This document shows, in pieces, positions 40,413-47,718 of a stretch of DNA of 64,000 bases (position 1 is its first letter; each line of letters opens with the position of its first letter). A program made the translations under genes and the position numbers. The DNA is taken from positions 1,864 through 65,863 of the forward strand of contig JAZQDW010000067.1 of assembly GCA_045546995.1 (NCBI GenBank), in the 5' to 3' direction. Origin of the DNA: Eubacteriales bacterium (GTDB lineage: Bacteria > Bacillota > Clostridia > Oscillospirales > QAKW01). A model generated the notes under the pieces. It did no database searches. It was not told the origin of the DNA and saw nothing but the letters and a program-made list of their open reading frames with translations.

Positions 40413-41159
40413 ATGCCAAGACAGGCGAGACAGAAAAGCGAAAGCAGAATCTACCATGTAATGCTTCGCGGAATCAATCAACAACAAATTTTTGAGGATT
40501 CAGAAGATTATGATAAGTTCCTCAATATTATGAAAGACTGTAAGGCAATATGCGAATTTAAGCTATTTGCATATTGCCTTATGAGAAATCATATTCATTT
40601 ACTTATTAAAGAGTGCAAAGAGCCGTTGGAACAAATATTTAAACGAATCTGCGGACGATTTGTATACTGGTATAATATCAAGTACCGACGTACAGGCCAC
40701 TTGTTTCAGGATCGTTTTAAAAGCGAGCCGGTGGATTCGGAGAAGTATTTCTTCACCGTACTGCGCTATATCCACCAAAACCCTACCAAGGCAGGTATTT
40801 GTAAGTGTGTTGAGGACTATGCCTACAGCAGTTATTCGGAATATACTGGTATAAGCAGACTTGTTGACACAGAATATGTTTGGGCACTGACTACGCTTGA
40901 AGATTTTGTTGGCCTTAATCATGAAACAGTTGACACGCCCTGTTTGGATGTTTCCGAGAAAGTCATTGCGCGCGTAACGGACGAACAAGCAAGAGCAATC
41001 ATCAAAAAGATCGCGCGGTGTGACAACGTTTCGGATTTCCAAAACTTAGATCTTGTGACCAGGGATAAATGTTTGAAAAAGTTTAGAGACAAAGGAATTT
41101 CAATCAGACAGCTAAGCAGATTAACGGGCATCAGTTTTAGTATTGTGAGAAAATTCTAA
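40413..41159 (+). CDS. RAYT-type (IS200-like Y1/HUH) transposase-like protein with C-terminal HTH
   Basis: HUH motif NHIHLLI. Tyr motif LRYIHQNP. GHLFQDRFKS. C-terminal GISIRQLSRLTGIS helix-turn-helix. Confidence 0.8.
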   Translation: MPRQARQKSESRIYHVMLRGINQQQIFEDSEDYDKFLNIMKDCKAICEFKLFAYCLMRNHIHLLIKECKEPLEQIFKRICGRFVYWYNIKYRRTGHLFQDRFKSEPVDSEKYFFTVLRYIHQNPTKAGICKCVEDYAYSSYSEYTGISRLVDTEYVWALTTLEDFVGLNHETVDTPCLDVSEKVIARVTDEQARAIIKKIARCDNVSDFQNLDLVTRDKCLKKFRDKGISIRQLSRLTGISFSIVRKF

Positions 41160-41160
41160 T

Positions 41161-41216
41161 CACACACAGAACCGTCCCCTGTGTTCTATCACACACAGAA
41201 CCGTCCCCTGTGTTCT
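41161..41216 (-). repeat. two tandem REP-like elements (version 2) inverted relative to the upstream copies
   Basis: cacacacAGAACCGTCCCCtgtgttct repeated with a 29-bp period, starting 2 nt after the RAYT stop. Confidence 0.85.
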
Positions 41217-41399
41217 AATATTAACTGTTCTGTTAATCCAAGGTATCATCTGTATAATTCGGTTTTTCAAAAAGTAAATAATAGGTAGGATACAGAGGAT
41301 GGCTTCCAGATTGGCAACTCGTAATCTCAACAACAAAAATAGGGACGATTCTCCATTAAAAAGGAACTTTTATGTGACAATCAAGGAACGGACAATCAA

Positions 41400-41461
41400 G
41401 GGACAGTTCTTTGCCTCGGAAAAACTTAAACAGGGGGACAAGGGGACGGTTTTCTTGTCTC
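41400..41461 (+). repeat. direct-repeat copy 1 (gggacagttctttgcctcggaaaaacttaaacaggg) fused to a version-1 REP-like element
   Basis: 36-nt block repeated at 42577..42612 with 1 mismatch. REP gggggacaagGGGACGGTTTTcttgtctc at 41433..41461. Confidence 0.75.
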
Positions 41462-41480
41462 GAACAAAGGAGATGTTGCT

Positions 41481-42566
41481 ATGATAAAAAAACGAATGGT
41501 CTGCATATGTGCTATTATGTTGCTGTTGTTTTCTTCTTGTGGAAGCACAAATATAGTAGATCGTTTTGCCGAAACGGAACTGACAAAAGAAATCGCACAA
41601 ACCATTGTGCATTCTTTTAATTCTGCTCAGATTGATCAACCTTTTTCAACATCAGATGTTGTTCCCTATGAAATGGCATTTAAGTATTTTCGTTATTTTG
41701 GATTTTATAATGAAAAGGGTGAAATGCGCCCACAAGTGGTTTCATATCAAGATGGCTTGAAATACAAGGTGCCACGCAAAGTGGTGGATACGTATTTGAG
41801 TTCAAAGTTTAATACGACTCCAAGCGCCAAAAGCATTTCATGCTATGATGCACAGAGCGACTCTTATGTGATCGCACCCGTAGACAGTTATGCCGGAAAA
41901 ATAACGATTGATTCCATTGATAAGCTGGATAACAACCAATATCAAATCCACGCAACTGTGCAAGATGAACCGACAGAAACTCTTTTTTCTTTTGAGCAAA
42001 CGTTTACAATTGAGTATAACGGGTCATTTAAGTTTTTATCCTTTGAAGAAAAAGAGAAGGCATTTCAAGAGTTGACGGCAGAGGAACAAAAACTTTTATC
42101 GTATATTAATGATTATTATTTCTTTGATACACGTCAGTATTATGATGAAGATCACAAGATTCCTTATGACGTTGCTTTTAAGTGTTTTGCCATCTACGGT
42201 TTTTGGGATAACAATGGGGCTCTGCGCAAGGAATTAAAGCAGTATGCCACCGGAAATGAATACGAAGATCCATATAATATTCCTGCGAAAATAGTAGATG
42301 ACTTTGTCGCTTCAAGGTTTGACGTAGAGATAGATCGATCCAATATTGAAAATTACAATAAAGAAAGCGACTCATATCTCATTCTACCGAACGCTGCAGA
42401 TGGGCACGATTTTGCAGAATTGATAAGTTATGAACGTTCCGGAAACATCTATAGGATTATTGTAAATCAGCGGAATTGGTTAGATCCGAATTTGGTTGAA
42501 AAGCAAATGTTTCGTCTTGAAATAAATGACGAGAACTGCAAATATCTTGCTTTTACCAAGATTTGA
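41481..42566 (+). CDS. lipoprotein with internal two-fold duplication, function unknown (possible orphan immunity protein)
   Basis: Lipobox LLLFSSCGS. Two ~170-aa repeats (PYEMAFKYFRYFGFYNEKGEMR... and PYDVAFKCFAIYGFWDNNGALR...). AT-rich. Confidence 0.65.
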   Translation: MIKKRMVCICAIMLLLFSSCGSTNIVDRFAETELTKEIAQTIVHSFNSAQIDQPFSTSDVVPYEMAFKYFRYFGFYNEKGEMRPQVVSYQDGLKYKVPRKVVDTYLSSKFNTTPSAKSISCYDAQSDSYVIAPVDSYAGKITIDSIDKLDNNQYQIHATVQDEPTETLFSFEQTFTIEYNGSFKFLSFEEKEKAFQELTAEEQKLLSYINDYYFFDTRQYYDEDHKIPYDVAFKCFAIYGFWDNNGALRKELKQYATGNEYEDPYNIPAKIVDDFVASRFDVEIDRSNIENYNKESDSYLILPNAADGHDFAELISYERSGNIYRIIVNQRNWLDPNLVEKQMFRLEINDENCKYLAFTKI

Positions 42567-42572
42567 AAGAGA

Positions 42573-42639
42573 CAATGGGACAGTTCTTTGCCTCGGGAAA
42601 ACTTAAACAGGGCGGGAGATTTTCTCCCGCCCTGTTTTT
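42573..42639 (+). repeat. direct-repeat copy 2 plus terminator hairpin; left copy of the nested inverted repeat (partner 50712..50782)
   Basis: gggacagttctttgcctcgggaaaacttaaaCAGGGCGGGAGAttttTCTCCCGCCCTGttttt. The hairpin works as a bidirectional terminator for the lipoprotein and nitroreductase genes. Confidence 0.8.
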
Positions 42640-43165
42640 ATTTATAGCTGACAAGTTCGTCCAGGGATTTGCGCTTTTTGGGGCGAAGCTTGTCTCCCTC
42701 GGCGGCGTAGCCTAACGTGATGACCAACCGCACCGGCGTGTTCAGATCGCAGGCCGTGCGGATCTTTTGATCGTCAAACCAGCCGAGGATACAGGTGGAC
42801 AAGCCCTGCGCCGTTGCCTCGGCGGTAAGATAGGCACTGAGAATGCCGATATCAATGGAACGGTAATCGTTCCCCTTGAGTTTGGCCCCAACGGCGGCTG
42901 TGCGCACGTAGGGGCGTTCGCTGATAACGATCAGTACGGGGGCTTTGGCGGCAAATTTATTCATTCCCATACCCATAGTAGCGCCGGCCACGGTACGGGC
43001 AGTATCACCGGTACATACTGTTATATGATAGGGCTGACCGTTGCAGGCAGAGGGAGCAAGGCGCGCCGCCTGCAGCACCGCCTCCAGCTTGTCCTGTTCC
43101 ACCGACCGATCGGCATCATAAGCGCGGCAGGACTGCCGCAGACGTGCGATCTCTGAAAAATTCAT
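42638..43165 (-). CDS. nitroreductase family protein
   Basis: RQSCRAY...APSACNGQP motif. Confidence 0.8.
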   Translation of the reverse strand: MNFSEIARLRQSCRAYDADRSVEQDKLEAVLQAARLAPSACNGQPYHITVCTGDTARTVAGATMGMGMNKFAAKAPVLIVISERPYVRTAAVGAKLKGNDYRSIDIGILSAYLTAEATAQGLSTCILGWFDDQKIRTACDLNTPVRLVITLGYAAEGDKLRPKKRKSLDELVSYK

Positions 43166-44031
43166 AGTTCTTTCTCCTTTCGGGCGGCGATAAATGCCGT
43201 AATTTCTTCGAGTCGGCGTTTGCCTTCCGCCACACCCTCGTCATACACGCGCTGCAGGACGGCCGGGTCGTGCTCGATATGCCCGATCTGCAGGGGCGCA
43301 GACGGACGAATGACCAAAGCCTTCCCTGCCCTCTCCAGCGTTTCGATATAAGCAAGAGTTTCGTTATACACCGTATGGCGCTGTTGCATCGCCCGAACAA
43401 TGCCGGGATGCTTTCGCAACAGCAGGCGCATCAACGGCACCAGCTTGTTGGGTTTTTTACGGTATCCGTCGGGTCGGGTCAAGATGATGATATTATGCCC
43501 ATATCCCCGCTCCTCCAAAAACCGAATGGGAATAGAATCGGCAATACCGCCGTCCAGATACGTCCTTCCTTCCAGTTTGACCGGCGTGGATACCAACGGC
43601 ATCGAGGCAGAAGCACGCATCCATTCCAGCCCTTCCCGATCGCTACGCTCCAGCTTACGGTAGGTCGGCGCACCGCTGATCGTTTCGGTGCAGACCACGT
43701 AAAATTCGGTGGGATCGGCGGCAAAGGCATCGTTATCAAAGGGATCCAGCGTTTCGGGCAGCTCCCGATAGCAAAAATCTGCGCCGTACAAGTCCCCTGT
43801 TTTGATCAACGAGCGAAAGCTGCAAAACCGTGGGTCCTTACAATATTTTTTATTATAACGCAGTACCCGACCGATCTGTCGAGATTTATAATTACATCCA
43901 AAGGCCGCCCCTGCCGAAACGCCCACAATGGCATCCACCGACAGGCCTGCCGTCAGCATTACGTCCAGCACACCGGCCGTAAACAGACCGCGCATGGCGC
44001 CGCCTTCCAAAACCATACCTGTTTTCATCAT
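43162..44031 (-). CDS. patatin-like phospholipase
   Basis: GGAMRG oxyanion motif and GVSAG nucleophile elbow. Confidence 0.85.
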   Translation of the reverse strand: MMKTGMVLEGGAMRGLFTAGVLDVMLTAGLSVDAIVGVSAGAAFGCNYKSRQIGRVLRYNKKYCKDPRFCSFRSLIKTGDLYGADFCYRELPETLDPFDNDAFAADPTEFYVVCTETISGAPTYRKLERSDREGLEWMRASASMPLVSTPVKLEGRTYLDGGIADSIPIRFLEERGYGHNIIILTRPDGYRKKPNKLVPLMRLLLRKHPGIVRAMQQRHTVYNETLAYIETLERAGKALVIRPSAPLQIGHIEHDPAVLQRVYDEGVAEGKRRLEEITAFIAARKEKEL

Positions 44032-45767
44032 TCTTCTGCGATCAGATCATTATCACGGAATTGCAGAGCGTATAGATCCTTATACGTTCCGCCGGCTGCC
44101 ATCAATTCCTCGTGGGTGCCCCGTTGGGTGATCTTTCCGTCAACTACCACGGCGATCTCGTCCGCATTGCGGATGGTGGACAGACGATGGGCGACCACCA
44201 GAGTGGTACGGCCCTTACACAACTCATCGAGCGCCTGCTGGATCAATACCTCGGTGGTATTATCCAGCGCGCTGGTGGCCTCGTCCAAAATCAAAATGGC
44301 CGGATCCTTCAAAAACACGCGAGCGATGCTCAACCGTTGCTTTTGACCGCCGGAAAGCTTTACGCCACGTTCACCGATCTCGGTATCATAGCCGTTTTCC
44401 AGCGTCATCACGTAATCGTGAATTTTGGCCTGTTTGGCGGCGGTGATCATCTCCTCCTCGGTGGCGTCGGGGCGACCGTACATAATGTTCTCCCGAATGG
44501 TGCCCACAAACAAAAATACGTCCTGCTGTACGATGCCGATATTCCGCCGCACCGAATCCAGCGTCAGTTTGCGCAGGTCGGTGCCGTCAATGCAGATACT
44601 GCCGCCATCCTCCCCGAGCTGATAAAAGTTGGGCAAAAGATGGCACAGGGTGGTTTTACCGCCGCCCGAGGGGCCGACCAACGCCAGCTTACGGCCGGGG
44701 GCCAGATGCAGATCAATATGATGCAGTACCTCATTTTCCTCTTCATAGGCGTAGCAAACGTCCTTGAATTCGATCTCACCACGGACGTTTTCCAACGGTA
44801 TCGCATCGGGAGCATCCTGCTCGGCCGGCTCCTCCATGACCTCCACAAAGCGTTTAAAGCCGCTGACACCGTTTTGAAATTGCTCCATGAAGCCGATAAG
44901 GGTAGTCACGGGGTTGATAAACAAATTGACCGATACGATAAAGGTGGAATAATCACCGAAGGAGATCCGTCCGGCGTAGAGAAACAGGCCGCCGGCAATC
45001 AGAATAAACACGTTAAATACGTCGGTCACAAAGGTGGTGGAGGAATGAAACTTCGCCATGGCGTGATACGCCCGACGGGAGGAATCCACAAATTCCTCAT
45101 CCCCCACCCCGAATTTTTCGATTTCACGCTCGGCATTGGTATAGGCCTTCGTCACGCGGATGCCGGTGACACTGCTTTCCACCGCCGCATTGATGGTGGC
45201 ATTGCTTTTGCGCCGATCATCAAAGGCCAGGCGCATTGCCTTGCGATAATGCATAGTCACCGCCATCAAAATGGGCACGCAGGTGAAGATGATCAGCGTC
45301 AATATCCAATCAATGGACATCAGATAGGCAAAGGACAGCACGATCATCACCGTACAGATCAGCAGATTTTCCGGGCCGTGATGCGCCAGTTCGCACACCT
45401 CGAACAGATCGCTGGTGATACGGGTCATAATTCGTCCCGTTTCGTTTTGATCGTAAAAGCGGAACGGCAGTCTTTCCAGATGGGCAAACAGATCCTTCCG
45501 CATCTGCGACTGCATCCGTACGCCGATGACGTGGCCATAATATTGCACAAAATACCGCAAAAACATCCGCACCACGTACAGCGCCAGCACGATAACGCCG
45601 GCAATAACGATAGTGGTATACATCTTTTGCGGGATATATTCATTGAGCATCTTATTGGTGACGATGGGATAGACCATACCGATCACCGAGATCATCAGCG
45701 CCGCCAGCATATCGAATATCAGCATTTTAATATGCGGTTTATAGTAGGCGATAAAACGTTTAAGCAT
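44028..45767 (-). CDS. ABC transporter, fused permease/ATPase (MsbA-like exporter)
   Basis: 6-TM N-domain. Walker A GPSGGGKTT, LSGGQKQR, ILILDEATSALD. ATG 45767 after AGGAGG. Confidence 0.9.
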   Translation of the reverse strand: MLKRFIAYYKPHIKMLIFDMLAALMISVIGMVYPIVTNKMLNEYIPQKMYTTIVIAGVIVLALYVVRMFLRYFVQYYGHVIGVRMQSQMRKDLFAHLERLPFRFYDQNETGRIMTRITSDLFEVCELAHHGPENLLICTVMIVLSFAYLMSIDWILTLIIFTCVPILMAVTMHYRKAMRLAFDDRRKSNATINAAVESSVTGIRVTKAYTNAEREIEKFGVGDEEFVDSSRRAYHAMAKFHSSTTFVTDVFNVFILIAGGLFLYAGRISFGDYSTFIVSVNLFINPVTTLIGFMEQFQNGVSGFKRFVEVMEEPAEQDAPDAIPLENVRGEIEFKDVCYAYEEENEVLHHIDLHLAPGRKLALVGPSGGGKTTLCHLLPNFYQLGEDGGSICIDGTDLRKLTLDSVRRNIGIVQQDVFLFVGTIRENIMYGRPDATEEEMITAAKQAKIHDYVMTLENGYDTEIGERGVKLSGGQKQRLSIARVFLKDPAILILDEATSALDNTTEVLIQQALDELCKGRTTLVVAHRLSTIRNADEIAVVVDGKITQRGTHEELMAAGGTYKDLYALQFRDNDLIAEE

Positions 45768-46041
45768 CTGATTCCTCCTGTCTTGTTCATTGATCACGTC
45801 GATTTATTCTTATAAGTTAATTATAAAAAAATTATAACATATTGCGCAAAAGTTTTGCAATAAAAAGTAGGCAAAGCGCACTTAAAAAAAGAAAGCCAAC
45901 AGCCGTCGTATCTCATCAAGGTGCAAGAGGGTTTATGCACGGCTATGCCGTGATGATATGCGGGGCCTGCGGCTTGGATAAAAAAAGAACAGCTAAACGG
46001 TGCGTAAAGCATGATAAGAAAAGCGATTAGGTGCGTAAATC

Positions 46042-46518
46042 CTATCTTTGATTGAATGTAGATAACTCCTCACACTTGGGATATCTTTTCAGATAGCCAT
46101 CTATGATAGCCTTATCCCTACTAATAATGAGAGTCCACGAACTGTCACAAGGGACAATTTCTACAGAGGAAAGCGGATGTTGGAGAGATACTGGATTTTG
46201 ATAATACCCATTATAATCTTCGGCAGACGGCAATGGATATTTTAAGACTTCTTCAACTGTGATATTTTTAGGAAAACCGCAAAAACATCCCCAAATCCAT
46301 TGAAAATCCTCTTGTTCAATTATAGCAGATAATTCATCACCCGAAAACCAACAATACTCTTGATCAAGCAGTTTTTTGATATCCTTATTCCGTGGATAAC
46401 ATACACCATCCGTAATAAGCCAATTATATTGCAGTTGTGCATTGTTAATTGCCTGAAAAACCTTGCTCATATAAGTGTAGTATTTATGATTTCTCCTATC
46501 AACAATGCCATATGTCAT
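46042..46518 (-). CDS. hypothetical protein (158 aa), AT-rich islet
   Basis: ATG overlaps the stop of the upstream four-helix-bundle gene (ATGA). No motif assigned with confidence (possibly DUF2691-like, from memory). Confidence 0.55.
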   Translation of the reverse strand: MTYGIVDRRNHKYYTYMSKVFQAINNAQLQYNWLITDGVCYPRNKDIKKLLDQEYCWFSGDELSAIIEQEDFQWIWGCFCGFPKNITVEEVLKYPLPSAEDYNGYYQNPVSLQHPLSSVEIVPCDSSWTLIISRDKAIIDGYLKRYPKCEELSTFNQR

Positions 46519-46868
46519 CTTACATTCTCCTTTGCAGTTCGGCAGGATGCGATCAGCATTGCTCTTAACGAAGTACACTTTGCAGAAAGTGTTTTATAAG
46601 TTTGTTCGTCAATGTATTTTGTTCTGTACAAAAGTTCAAGCCAGTAACCTGTTTCGCTTGCTTCTTTTAAGGCGATTTCAAGCTTGGAAATAAAATCCTT
46701 CTTGCCTTGTGCATACTGTGTTTCGTGGATGTTGGCACCAATGCTTGTACCACTTCTGCCGATTTGATTGGAAACGATAGATTCCTTGACAGATTTTAAT
46801 TTTTTTACCAATTCAATTATATCAACTGAGAATTCCATAGAAAGTTCCCTAAGTTTTGATTCTGACAT
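46515..46868 (-). CDS. four-helix-bundle protein (23S rRNA intervening-sequence protein / Avd-like family)
   Basis: MSESKLRELSMEFSVDIIELVKKL...IGRSGTSIGANIHETQ...ALKEASETGYWLELL is typical of this family. Confidence 0.7.
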   Translation of the reverse strand: MSESKLRELSMEFSVDIIELVKKLKSVKESIVSNQIGRSGTSIGANIHETQYAQGKKDFISKLEIALKEASETGYWLELLYRTKYIDEQTYKTLSAKCTSLRAMLIASCRTAKENVR

Positions 46869-46923
46869 AATATACACCTCGCTTTTCAATATTATATCGC
46901 ATAATTGGATTGTTTGTAAATAA

Positions 46924-47052
46924 GTGATAAGTGATGCAGCTACGCTGTGATAGGTGATGCGATGCGTTCCATTCACGCGCCGCAGGCGTGCATCACGGGC
47001 GACGCCTGCATCACGCACGCAGTGCGCATCACGTTCCGAAGGAACGCATCAC
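46924..47052. repeat. mirror array of heptamer GTGATGC / GCATCAC interleaved with unique short GC hairpins
   Basis: Left half: GTGAT at 46924, 46931, 46947, 46954. Right half: GCATCAC at 46990, 47008, 47026, 47046 (18-20 bp period). Spacers are CGCCgcaGGCG, GGCGaCGCC, GCACgcaGTGC, GTTCCgaaGGAAC. Confidence 0.7.
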
Positions 47053-47053
47053 G

Positions 47054-47096
47054 CAAAGAAACCTGATTTGTCTGGTAGACAAATCAGGTTTCTTTG
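47054..47096. other. 20-bp perfect-stem hairpin abutting the tRNA-Val(GAC) 3' end
   Basis: CAAAGAAACCTGATTTGTCT ggt AGACAAATCAGGTTTCTTTG. Confidence 0.7.
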
Positions 47097-47097
47097 T

Positions 47098-47173
47098 TGG
47101 TGGGAGTAACAGGACTCGAACCTGTGACCCCTTGCACGTCAAGCAAGTGCTCTACCAGCTGAGCTATACTTCC
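47098..47173 (-). tRNA. tRNA-Val (anticodon GAC), with encoded CCA
   Basis: Cloverleaf read by eye. Anticodon loop TTGACGT. GTTCGAGTC T-loop. One A3:C70 mismatch in the acceptor stem. Confidence 0.8.
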
Positions 47174-47188
47174 ATTTTGTACTATGTT

Positions 47189-47216
47189 ATTATATCACAC
47201 TTTTTTGAAAATGCAA
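47189..47216 (-). promoter_or_regulatory. candidate separate promoter for tRNA-Val(GAC)
   Basis: On the minus strand: TTGCAT, 16-nt spacer, TATAAT, with TGa extended -10. Confidence 0.45.
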
Positions 47217-47295
47217 TACCTTTTTTAAAAAAGTGATCGAAAGTCGCTGTATCGCCTGCGGCGAGACAGCTCTGCGCGAACTGCAGACTGCGACC

Positions 47296-47333
47296 AAAAG
47301 AAAAAGCATCCCGATAGGGATGCTTTTTCTTTT
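47296..47333 (-). terminator. long hairpin terminator after the three-tRNA unit
   Basis: AAAAGAAAAAGCATCCC gata GGGATGCTTTTTCTTTT, a 17-bp stem. Confidence 0.6.
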
Positions 47334-47408
47334 GGTGGAAGTTACAGGGCTCGAACCTGTGACCCTCTGCTTGTAAGGCAGATGCTCTCCCAGCTGAGCT
47401 AAACTTCC
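47333..47408 (-). tRNA. tRNA-Val (anticodon TAC), with encoded CCA
   Basis: Perfect acceptor stem GGAAGTT/AACTTCC. Anticodon loop CTTACAA. Confidence 0.85.
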
Positions 47409-47416
47409 GTGGGATA

Positions 47417-47491
47417 TGGTGACCCGGACGGGAATCGAACCCGTGTTACCGCCGTGAAAGGGCGGTGTCTTAACCGCTTGACCACCGGGCC
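47417..47491 (-). tRNA. tRNA-Glu (anticodon TTC), with encoded CCA
   Basis: GGCCCGGTGGTCAAGCGGTTAAGAC...CTTTCAC anticodon loop...GGTTCGATTCC. Confidence 0.85.
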
Positions 47492-47495
47492 AAAA

Positions 47496-47572
47496 TGGTA
47501 GCGGCAGCGGGATTCGAACCTGCGACCAATCGGGTATGAACCGAGTACTCTAGCCAACTGAGCTATGCCGCC
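47496..47572 (-). tRNA. tRNA-Met (anticodon CAT, elongator-like), with encoded CCA
   Basis: GGCGGCATAGCTCAGTTGGCTAGAG...TTCATAC anticodon loop. Lacks the initiator features. Confidence 0.8.
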
Positions 47573-47610
47573 ATATATTCGGCCGCTTGATTTCTCAACG
47601 GCGCTCGTAT

Positions 47611-47639
47611 ATCTTACTACAACTCGGCAACTTTGTCAA
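47611..47639 (-). promoter_or_regulatory. candidate promoter of the tRNA operon
   Basis: On the minus strand: TTGACA, 17-nt spacer, TAAGAT. Confidence 0.55.
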
Positions 47640-47657
47640 CAGTTTTTTAAAAAAAAA

Positions 47658-47685
47658 TTGATTTTTTTCATTTATATGGTATAAT
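47658..47685 (+). promoter_or_regulatory. candidate promoter of dusB
   Basis: TTGATT, 16-nt spacer, TATAAT, with TGg extended -10. Confidence 0.55.
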
Positions 47686-47718
47686 GTTAGCGCAATCAAC
47701 AGGAAATGGTATGGATAT

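Noticed and set aside
40009-40461. 150-aa ORF (and 39915..40175), considered as possible real genes downstream of the immunity gene.
   Set aside because: They are chimeras of orphan rhs fragments and translated REP hairpins (GDKGTVLLSP, QGTVLCV), have no SD, and run into the RAYT-like gene in another frame.
41161-41216. Tandem 29-bp repeats and other clustered repeats, considered as a possible CRISPR array.
   Set aside because: There are only two adjacent copies with no spacers. The repeat is the REP-like hairpin seen elsewhere in both orientations, and there are no cas genes in the window.
46515-46868. Diversity-generating retroelement suggested by the Avd-like four-helix-bundle gene.
   Set aside because: No reverse transcriptase ORF and no template/variable repeat pair with adenine-specific differences could be found in the window.
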